DNA of 64,000 bases, from positions 85,436,001-85,500,000 of the forward strand of contig NC_042998.1 in NCBI RefSeq assembly GCF_006345805.1. Reading direction: 5' to 3'. Position numbers and translations under genes: made by a program. The number at the start of each line of letters is the position of its first letter. The stretch's first letter is position 1. This DNA comes from Octopus sinensis. Lineage: Eukaryota. This document shows positions 1 through 9,694 of this stretch, in pieces. The notes beneath the pieces were generated by a model, which was given only the letters and a program-made list of their open reading frames with translations, had not been told where the DNA came from and ran no database searches.

Positions 1-215
1 AAAAGCATTTATTGCATTAAACTATGTAATATTAGCTTACGGGAGGCACAACTTTGCATATAGGACCCAGGGCGGTCCTTTTTAACATTTTCTTTTTGCA
101 AAAAGTGCTTCTTATGTGCCATTAAATATGTTATATTAATTTGAAGTCCTTAAAAGATATTGAGAGGAGGTTGTGAAAAAAAAAAGGAGCTTTAATGTAA
201 ATTTACAAGCAGTTG

Positions 216-253
<38 letters not shown>

Positions 254-583
254 ATATATATACACTTTGGCATAAATAGCTTGAGATTTGGTTCAGTAGA
301 AAAAAAGTTAGATCAAAATATGTGACCTCAAGTGGGGCAGTAAGGCAGATATTCATTTTCAATTAACATAAACTTTTTAATTTTAAATTAAAAGTATACT
401 TTTCTTAGGCTTAAATGATAGAAAAATGCATGGGGAATTCAGAATCGTTAGTTGGATTGAACAAAAATTAGTAGAAAAACGTTTATGAAGTAAAATATTA
501 TGAAATTTTATGTCAATAACTAAGGGAGTAACGCTTAAGCAATAAAAATAAGGAATATATTTCTAAAATGAATATTCACATTC

Positions 584-688
584 TAAGGTGGCGAGCCGGC
601 AGAAACGTTAGCATGCTCGGCAAAATGCTTAGCAGTATTTCACCTGTTTTTACATTTTGAGTTCAAATTTCGCCATGGTCGACTTTGA
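584..688 (+). mobile_element. SINE family A (tRNA-headed, Meta-domain-like), 5' fragment
   Basis: TAAGGTGGCGAGCCGGCAGAAACGTTAGC...GAGTTCAAAT...GTCGACTTTG matches many other copies in the window (e.g. 45503, 48985, 50019). Confidence 0.75.
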
Positions 689-974
689 CATATAGATTAT
701 TTCATTAATTTTTTTTAACAAAACACTTTCAAACTTCTGAGACTGGTAGAATGTGTCACATACAACAAGGTTTACTCTTAACATTTTTGACAAAATTTTG
801 TATTTTAGAAGTTATTTCATCAGAAGTTACAGAGTGACAATGGACAAATTCATGTTTGATGAGTGCCAATAAACAAAACGCTTAGCTTTTGACTTACTGT
901 CTAACTTCTACTGATGATATATATATACATATTGCGTATATGTGTAAAAACATCTCATGACGGAAACAAACCAA

Positions 975-1160
975 TGAAAGAGCCTCTACCTGGTCGCCCG
1001 ACACGCTAAAAATAGCAGCCAAAGTATCCCCCTACCTAAATAACACATCCATTGTATGTAATGTCTTAGATTATCCCTAAAAAGACGTTTTGCTGAAGGC
1101 TGGAATGTCTTTGATGATAGGTTTGCAGTATCAGGGTTGGTTTGAGGCTAAATAACAACA
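975..1160 (+). mobile_element. SINE-like interspersed repeat, family D (AATAGCAGCCAAA motif)
   Basis: Shares AATAGCAGCCAAA and GCTGGAATG.CTTTGAT.ATAGG segments with copies near 26000-26230(-), 45300-45480(+), 56790-56960(-) and 59945-60120(+). Confidence 0.55.
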
Positions 1161-1616
1161 TTATGGTAAATTTCTATATTAACACCTGCACGATTTTCAC
1201 TAAGAACAAAAAAAAAAAAAAATTTGATTTTTTGAGTGGAATCAAGTATCCTGACCTCCTAATATGCTGCAAATTCCTTGTTTTGGTTCAGAAAAAATAA
1301 GGTGGGGTCCCCACCCCCACTTCAATCCCAGAATCATTGGAATTTTTTTGTCGTTAAATGAATTCCTGTGACCTTCTTAATATTGCAAAAATTAGATTAC
1401 TTAAGGTGAGCCTGGTAACTGATGGTTTGGGGGTCTTGTTGTTTGTAACTTTTGGTGAGCCATGGTGCAACCAACAATATAAAAATCCCTGCCATTAATT
1501 TGGTGTGGATGGGTAATATCAAATAATTCAATCACAACATATATTTATATTATACATAAAAAAATTGAAATATTATCATCACCTACATGGAAAAATTGAA
1601 ATATTATCTTTCAGTA

Positions 1617-2110
1617 GAAAAATGTGAGCATGAAAAGTCATATTCTTAAGATTATAAAATTGGAAAAGTACAGGATAAGTTATTACACCTGTAAAAGTTT
1701 AGGACAAGCTATTCTAGTAAAGTAAATAAGAAACTTTTTACTTAAAATATTGCAGCTAAAATAAAAATTTGAATATCAAAACATTTTATTATAGTTTACA
1801 AATAACACTATACTTACTTAAATAGAATTTGGCTAATTTACTACCTTTAAATAGAGATAAAAAAATGACTAATTAGACAAACTTACAAATTAGCTGAACA
1901 GTTTTGTACTATAAATTTAAAAGATGAGAACTGTAAAGAGTGATAAATTAGAAGAACTGGCATTCTTTGCTGCAATATTTTAAGTAAAAAGTTTCTTCTT
2001 TACTTTACTAGAAGTAATAGCTTGTTCTATACTTTTACAGATGTAATAACTTGCCCCGTACTTTTCCAGGTTTATAATCTTAAGGATATTACTTTCATGC
2101 TCACATTTTC
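1617..2110. mobile_element. MITE-like element with ~140-bp terminal inverted repeats
   Basis: 1617-1756 is the reverse complement of 1969-2110 (GAAAAATGTGAGCATGAAA...AAAATATTGCAGC) with a few mismatches; the spacer is non-symmetric and AT-rich. Confidence 0.75.
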
Positions 2111-2984
2111 CCATTTAATATATATATATATACACATATGTATATATAACCCATGCCAGCATGGGAAACGGTCATTAAACGATGATTATATATATATGTA
2201 TGTTACATAAGAGAGGTGTGATACTTTGAACCTCAGAAATTATACAAGCCCAACCCCAAAACATGGCTCTTAGGTTGTATACAATTTGATACAGATCAAC
2301 TTACAAGCTAAAATTAAATTAAAAAAAAACATATCCACATGATAAAAATGTAAGAGAAACGTTAAAATATATTGTATTAATAAGAGGGCAAATATCAAAT
2401 CTGTCTGCGTAAGATTTCATTCATGATTCATCATTGAAAAGAAAAAACATATTACATCCCATAATACTTTTCCATAAATCTACATAGCTCTGATTGTTTC
2501 CTGAAGCTGTATAAACTGGATATAAATTAAGAGGTGATGATAATTAAGTATTCACCATTATTGCTCATAAGTCTTTTTCTTCAATTACAACAACAAATTC
2601 TGCCATCACATATGATATTTGATCAATTTATCATCAGAATTTTTGTTTACATATTCAATTGACTAGAGACTTTAGCTCTAGCAATTTCAATATTTAATTC
2701 AGAAGAAATTTCTTTATCAGCATTTACAAACTAAATTATATTTCATGATGACAATACTATAATTTATACCTTTAAAGAACAATCAGTTTTATATTAACAA
2801 AAGAGTATTTGAAAATTCTTTGTTCTCTTAGTTCATATGCACAGAATTAGTTAATAATACTAGTTTCCTAATAAGAAATGAAAGTTTTAGATAAAGCAAA
2901 AATATTAGTCAGCACATTAAAAAAAAAAATACATGTCTGCTCCTGTCCCTCTTTCATACTTTGACTTCTCAACACCAGGTAAAA

Positions 2985-3218
2985 AGACATCTCCCTTACT
3001 ATTGCACTCCGACTCGTGTCAAGTCGTGTCTTGTGGTTACTTGATGACCTCACTAGTGCCAATGCCAAAAAGAAGCACCCAGCACATGCTGTAAAGTGGT
3101 TAAAGTTAGGAAGGGCTGACATTGAAGACCAATGCAACCCTCAGGCTAGTCAGATCCTGTTAAACTGTCCAACAATTGCCAGCATGGCATACAAACATAA
3201 AACGATAACAATGATGAT
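2985..3218 (+). mobile_element. SINE carrying the RTE-type 3' tail, degraded
   Basis: GTAAAGTGGTT..GTTAGGAAGGGC ... TGTCCAAC..TGCCAGCATGG ... GATGAT matches the RTE 3' end. Confidence 0.65.
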
Positions 3219-3360
3219 TTTGTGTGTGTGTATGTGTCTGTCCTGATTTTTAAATTCGGCATATGTCCACTAATGCTATAAGTGACTAAATGTGTGGGAC
3301 GAGAAAGAGTGTGCAGGCATAAATTACAACCTAAAAAAAAAAATCCTATCCAATCCATAC

Positions 3361-3480
3361 CATCATATGTCACTGAATGTCCATTGTCCATGTTGGAATG
3401 AGTTGGATGGTTTGACTAGGGCTGGCAAGCTGGAGGGCTGCACCAGACTCCAGTCTGATTTGGCATAGTTTCTACGGTTA
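3361..3480 (-). mobile_element. RTE-tail SINE or 3' fragment
   Basis: Reverse complement of the shared RTE 3' end (TTGGATGGTTTGAC...CCAGACTCCAGTCTGATTTGGCA..GTTTCTAC), cut off by a (TA)n/(TACA)n tract. Confidence 0.65.
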
Positions 3481-4188
3481 TATATATATATATATATATA
3501 TACATACACACACATATCCATACATACATACATACATACATATATATATATATATACATAAATATATACACATATATACATATGTATGTATATAATTTTC
3601 ATATATAAGCTGAAACCCATCATGAAAATAAAGGCTCATTAGGCCAGAGTTTATTCTGGTTGTTGAGGCGTTAAGCAAGAGATTACAAGCCTAACCCATT
3701 GGATTCCATCCCTACATAAAAAAAAAAACTAAAGAAAAAAACTTTGATAAGGCCTGCACTTTGGAGAGGTGAAACTAGTATTATTAACATTCCAGATGTA
3801 GATACTCAGACTGATTATAGCAGATGACAAGGGCTACAGCTATTATATATTCATATCTCATTCTCTACCGTATTTTTTTTTTTTTTTTTTTTCATTATTT
3901 ATCTATTTCCATTCTCTACCGTATTTTTTATTATTATCTATTTTCATTCTCTCTCTGGCTTTCATGCAGTCATTTATCTAATTAATATATTTTTCCCCCT
4001 CAAATATAGTATTCAAACTAGTTGCTTCGATTTTGTCGCCCGCCCTCCCACCCCCACCACCAATACCGGAAGTTTCTACCCTAATACCGGAAACTACCCC
4101 CTCCCCCACTAGCACCTATGTAGGGTTTATCTGAACTGATAGCGCAAAAATTGTGAAAAGTATGCAGGTTGTAGTCTAGAGTTTCCAT

Positions 4189-7100
4189 ATGAAATCTGCC
4201 AAATGCAAGCTTTCTTTTCAGGTACATGACACTGCTGTCCCTCGTCCCAGGGTCTCTGATGCCCACACCTCCCAAACCCTCAGAGTTGGCACGCTCAACG
4301 TTGGCACATTGAAAGGTAGGTCTGGAGAGATTGTAGAGCTGCTTGAACGGAGACGTGTGGATGTATGCTGTATCCAGGAAGTAAGGTGGAGAGGAGGTTC
4401 TGCTAGGCTCCTCACGGCAAGGAACACAGGTACAAGATTTTCTGGGCAGGGAACATTGACGGTGTCGGGGCGTGGGTATACTTCTCGCGGAGAAATGGAT
4501 AGGTAAGGTAATCGAGGTAGTCAGAATAAGTGACAGAGTAATTAAATTAGATTAGTTCTTCACCATAGGACAGCTACCATCATCTCGGCATATGCCCCTC
4601 AACCAGGGCTACCGGAAGGACAAAAAGACCAATTCTATGACACCCTATTGCGGACTACCTCATTGACAAATGACAGTGACCTTCTCTTCGTGGCAGGTGA
4701 TTTCAATGGACATGTTGGACGACATGTCAGGGGCTTCCATGGCATCCATGGAGGCCACGGTTTTGGCTCTCGAAATGAGGAGGGAACCAGGCTGCTGGAG
4801 TTCTGCGATGCAAATGACCTTATGGTCTGCAATACCCACTTCAGGAAACCCACCTCTCACCTAGTCACCTACCGTTCTGGCAGACACACCAGCCAGATTG
4901 ACTACATCCTTGCCAGAAAAAGGGAAAGAGGGCTGATTATAAATGCCAAAAACTTCCCAGGCGAAGAATGTACTCCCCAACATAGATTAGTAGTTAGCGA
5001 CTTCAGGATCAGAGCTAAATGGTCGCCCAGAAGAAGACCAGCTTGGAGGAGAAGGGTCTGGAAGCTTAAAGATCCTGCAAATGCACAGAGATTTAGAGAC
5101 ATACTACTCGAAGCCTCTGACGAAATAGAAGGGGATATAGCTTCACTTAATGTGGAAGACAACTGGAGATTCCTACGGGACAATCTGCTGACAGCCACTG
5201 ACCAGATCTGTGGATGGAGCAAAGTACCATCTCGACCCAGAGTAACATGGTGGTGGAACACTGTGGTTGACGGGGCTATTAGACAAAAGAGACAGGCTTG
5301 GAAGGACTGGAAGAACGGTGGTAGCAGGGAATTGTATCAGACAGCCAAAGGGAAGCTAGGAGACAGGTTTATATAGCCAGAGGGGAAGCGGATAAGAAAA
5401 AATTTGCCAATGTTCTGAGCCGTGAGGATGAAAGACTTGAGGTATTTCGTGTTGCAAGACAGTGTGTGAGAGAGAATCGTGATGTGGTAGGAGAGAAGTG
5501 TGTTCGCATGGATGATGGTTCACTTGCGCTAAATGAGGATGCAAAGAGAGAGGTTTGGAGATGCCACTATGAAAGTTTGCTGAATAAAGAAAATGAATGG
5601 GATAAAGAGAGTCTGCCAAATGTTGACCCAACAGAGGGACCAGCTATCCGAGTTGATAGTTCCGTAGTAGCTAAGGCAGTTAGAGCATGAAGACAGGGAA
5701 AGCCCCAGGCCCATCAGGAATTACTGCAGAGATGCTCAAAATATCTGGCAGTGTCGGCTATAACCTAGTCACCCGTATAGTCAACCAGGTGATACACGAA
5801 GGAGTCATACCCAATGACTGGTGTAGCAGCATACTAGTCAACTGCTACAAAGGTAAAGGTGATGCCCTGGATACAAATAATTACAGAGGTATCAAGCTGT
5901 TGGATCAGGTAATGAAGGTTACGGAGAGGGTCTTAGCCCAACTAATTAGAGAGAGAGTTAGTTTAGATGAGATGCAGTTTGGGTTTGTCCCAGGGAAAAG
6001 CACCACTGATGCTATATTCCTGGTAAGGCAGCTGCAGGAGAAATACCTAGCCAAGGATAAGCCCCTGTACCTGGCTTTGTTGACATGGAGAAAGCCTTTG
6101 ATAGGGTCCCCCGATCCCTCATCTGGTGGTCAATGAGGAAACTAGGGATAGATGAATGGCTGGTGAGGGCTGTGCAAGCCATGTACAGAGATGCCGTAAG
6201 TAAGGTTAGAGTTGGCAACATGTACACAGAAGAATTCAAAGTAGAGGTTGGGGTCCACCAGGGTTCAGTACTCAGCCCCCTCCTATTTATCATAGTCCTC
6301 CAGGCAATAACGAGGAATTCAAGACCGGTTGCCCCTGGGAGCTCCTCTATGCTGACGACCTCGCTCTAATCGCTGAGTCACTATCAGAACTGGAGGAGAA
6401 GTTCCAGGTGTGGAAGGAGGGTTTAGAATCGAGGGGCCTTAGAGTCAACCTAGCTAAAACCAAAGTACTAATAAGTAGAAAGGTAGAAACCCACAATATC
6501 ATCAGGAAGATGGCCCTGCTCGATCTGTAGAAAAGGTGTAGGTAGAAACTCTATAAGATGTACCCAGTGTAAGCTATGGACACATAAGAGGTGCAGCAAT
6601 GTCAAAGGTAGGCTAACTGGGAAGATAGTTTTTGTATGTGGCAGGTGCTCTGGAGCACTGACCTCCGAAAATCTGCAGAAAACAACTTCTGTCACTTTCC
6701 GGGGGGAAAAACTAGAAGTAGTTGATAGTTTCCGCTATCTAGGTGACCAAGTCAGTAGTGGGGGTGGGTGCGCTGAAAGTGTAACTGCTAGAATAAGAAT
6801 AGCCTGGGCAAAGTTTAGGGAGCTCTTACCTCTGCTGGTGACTAAAGGCCCTCGCTCAGAGTAAAAGGCAGACTGTATGATGCATGTGTACGAACAGCTA
6901 TGCTACATGGCAGTGAAACATGGGCCGTGACTGCTGAGGACATGCGTAAGCTCGTGAGGAACGAAGCCAGTATGCTCCGATGGATGTGTAATGTCAGTGT
7001 ACTTACTCGACAGAGCGTTAGTACCTTGAGAGAATGTTGTACCTAAGAAGCATCAGTTGTTGTGTGCAAGAGAGACGATTGCGCTGGTATGGTCATGTGG

Positions 7101-7295
7101 CGAGAATGGATGAAGAGAGGTGTGTGAGAAAGTGCCAATCCCTAGCAGTTGAGGGAACCCGTGGAAGAGGTAGACCCAGGAAACCTGGGACGAGGTGGTG
7201 AAGCACGACCTTCGGACGTTAGGTCTCACCATGGAAATGACTAGAGACCGAGACCTATGGAAGTATGCTGTGCGTGAGAAGACCCGGCAAGACTA
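4189..7295 (+). pseudogene. RTE ORF2: APE endonuclease + reverse transcriptase + PHD-like finger, frameshifted
   Basis: APE motifs TLNVGTL, CCIQE, SAYAPQ, AGDFNGHVG, SQIDYIL, PQHRLV; RT motifs KAPGPSG, NYRGIKLL, QFGFVPG, DMEKAFDRVP, GVHQGSVLSPLLF, LLYADDL; C-terminal RGRPRKTW. About 11 small deletions shift the frame. Confidence 0.93.
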
Positions 7296-7496
7296 GTGAA
7301 GCCATAATCCGTGGCCCCTACCTGGGACGTAGTCAGTCCACCTGTGCATACCTTCCTTCTGTGACACTTGTGAAGACCTGTTGAGGCAAGTGAGAATCGA
7401 ATCGAATCGTATCAAATCAAATCGAACCAAATCAAAATAGATGAACATCAATGGAATTTGTATCCTTGTGGTACCAGTGCCGGTGGCACATAAGAA

Positions 7497-7879
7497 AACC
7501 ATCCGAACGTGACCGTAGCCAGTACCGCAATGACTGGCCTCCGTGCTGAGGGCACGTAACAAACACCTTCCGAGCGTGGCCGTCCGCCAGCCTCGTCTAG
7601 CACCTGTGTCGGTGACACATAAGAAAACACCATCCGAGCGTGGCCGTCTGCCAGCCTCGTCTGGCACCTGTGTCGGTGGCACATAAAAACAACCCCATCC
7701 GAGCGTGGCCGTCTGCCAGCCTCGTCTGGCACCTGTGTCGGTGGCACATAAAAAAAAACACCATCCGAGCGTGGCCGTCTGCCAGCCTCGTCTGGCCTGT
7801 GTCGGTGGCACATAAAAAACACCATCCGAGCGTGGCCGTTGCCAGCCTCGTCTGGCACCTGTGTCGGTGGCACATAAAA
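7497..7879 (+). repeat. Tandem array of ~62-66-bp units in the RTE 3' UTR
   Basis: Five near-identical units CCATCCGAGCGTGGCCGTCTGCCAGCCTCGTCTGGCACCTGTGTCGGTGGCACATAAAA starting near 7564, 7628, 7693, 7759 and 7820, plus one diverged upstream unit. Confidence 0.95.
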
Positions 7880-8112
7880 TCACCCACTACACTCTCGGAG
7901 TGGTTGGCGTTAGGAAGGGCATCCAGCTGTAGAAACACTGCCACATCTGACTGGCCTGGTGCAGCCTTCGGGCTCCCAGACCCCAGTTGAACCGTCCAAC
8001 CCATGCTAGCATGGAAGCGGACGTTAAACGATGATGATGATGATGATGAATACACATTCACACACATGTATACATATACATAAATATGCATATATGCATC
8101 ATCATCATCGTT

Positions 8113-8152
<40 letters not shown>

Positions 8153-8545
8153 AATATCTATTTATATACACATACATGCATATGTACATTCACAGGTATA
8201 AACATGCATATATACAAATACCTATCTATATACACATACATGCATATATATACATTTATATGTATAAACATAGATACATACACAAATATAAGTCTATATA
8301 TACACACACACACACAAATAAATACTTGGTGTATGACACAGATGTAGTGCATTAATTTCTCTTACTATTTATTCAAATATATTACTGGATTAATAACACA
8401 AGACAGCAAAAAGCGGTCAGATTTGACTTTATGCTTTATGCACATGTGATGTTTCCGTTTATTAAGTGAAGTCTTTCAGTACAGTTATTTGCATAAATAT
8501 TGCTTGATGTATATATTTTTCTTGCCTTGGGATTCTGAATTTTGT

Positions 8546-8778
8546 TTAACCCATTTGATACTAAGCCATCTGAAACTGCCCTTGGATCTATGATACAAAC
8601 ATTTTGATTTAAAGCGATCTAGATTAAAACCTTCCATCAAAGTTTCATGTTGATTTATGTTACAAATGCCAGAATAACCATGACAAAGTTATTTTATTAA
8701 TTCTTCATTATTTTCAAAATTAATTGAAGCAAAGGCATTATATATATATCAACCCACAAATGGTAATGAAAAGGTTAA
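8546..8778. mobile_element. piggyBac-type MITE (TTAA-flanked)
   Basis: Begins TTAACCC and ends AGGTTAA; the same body recurs at 30180-30405 and, inverted, at about 56140-56350. Confidence 0.65.
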
Positions 8779-8924
8779 TAGATATTTTGCTTCATATCTA
8801 TCTTATGCATTGGTTCAAATCTTGTTAAAAGCTGAATATGCATATTATCAGTTTTCAAGTGTAATATAAGTATTTGCGACATGCTGGTGAGTGGTTCACA
8901 ATTGGAAAGACACACAGGAGGAGG

Positions 8925-9070
8925 ATACATGGCCTTATGGTAAGGGTGTTGGACTCATGATAATGAACTCATATCTTCAATTTCTGGAGTGATCAGCATA
9001 TTGTATCCTTAGGCAAGGCACATCATCTCACACTGTTCTAGTTTGTTCATTTGCTTATAAATGCAGCTAT
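8925..9070 (+). mobile_element. tRNA-headed SINE family C (CORE-like), degraded
   Basis: CATGGCCTTATGGTAAGGGTGTTGGACTCATG head followed by TCCTTAGGCAAGGCACAT, as in the copies at 47725 and 63120. Confidence 0.5.
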
Positions 9071-9165
9071 CTGCTGGCAGCTACACAGGTATCTTAAACA
9101 ATAAGTGAAAGCATGGTGCAAGTTACCAGATATGTATGTATGTGTGTGTGTGTGTGTATATATAT

Positions 9166-9321
9166 ATCAAAACAGTTTGATTCAAATTCATTGGTACTCT
9201 TGAGTTTCGAGCTAGACATCAGCCATTTTGAATTTGAAATATTCAAATTCAAAATGGTTGACAACTAGCATCATACTTGAAACTCAAGAGTACCAATGAA
9301 CTTGAATCAAACTGTTTTGAT
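9166..9321. mobile_element. Foldback/MITE, almost fully palindromic (156 bp)
   Basis: ATCAAAACAGTTTGATTCAAATTCATTGGTACTCTTGAGTTTC mirrors GAAACTCAAGAGTACCAATGAACTTGAATCAAACTGTTTTGAT; centre TTTTGAATTTGAA-ATA-TTCAAATTCAAAA; TA on both flanks. Confidence 0.8.
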
Positions 9322-9420
9322 CTATACATGTAACACTCAATAAATTGGTTGAGTGCCCTTCTTTCGTTTCCCCACTCACTCATGTGTATGTGTACATACA
9401 TACATACATATATATATATA

Positions 9421-9637
9421 TAAGGGGTGCTAAAAAGTTCTTGACTTTAAGGCTACTGTATAATACCTGCTTGGAGGCCCAACCTTGCGAGTTTTTTTAC
9501 AGGGCTTAAAAAAAACTGAAGAACTGCTGCAATATGTGTGTGGATCTGAGGGGGGAACATGTGATATAGAATCATAATTAACTGATCATTCTGCATTTTC
9601 TTTTACCCCATGCTAGAAACAATCCAGTACCCACCTC
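9421..9637 (+). mobile_element. Mariner-derived non-autonomous element
   Basis: TIR-like AGGGGTGCTAAAAAGTTC with a degenerate partner near 9617-9637; the interior reads like a mariner transposase C-terminus (GLKKLKNCCNMCVDLRGEHV). Confidence 0.6.
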
Positions 9638-9654
9638 ATGTGTGTGTGTATGTT

Positions 9655-9694
<40 letters not shown>

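Larger units (their letters stand above)
4020..8048 (+). mobile_element. Near-full-length RTE-clade LINE (copy 1)
   Basis: Single long pol ORF in pieces, a ~750-bp 3' UTR with a tandem array, and a (GAT)n tail at about 8029-8048; the 5' boundary is uncertain. Confidence 0.95.

Noticed and set aside
2480-2800. Minus-strand open stretch FVNADKEISSELNIEIARAK
   Set aside because: Short and stop-bounded; more like a very old LINE remnant than a host exon
4020-4260. HDV-like ribozyme expected at the 5' end of some RTEs (CCCTCGTCC near 4240)
   Set aside because: I could not build P1/P2/P3 pairings by eye; a descriptor search would be needed to exclude it
7497-7879. CRISPR-like appearance of the ~64-bp repeat array
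   Set aside because: Units are contiguous with no unique spacers, there are no cas genes, and the context is a eukaryotic LINE 3' UTR
7293-8151. ORFs of 116-196 aa over the RTE 3' UTR array
   Set aside because: They arise from the GC-rich tandem units, and frames differ between units and copies
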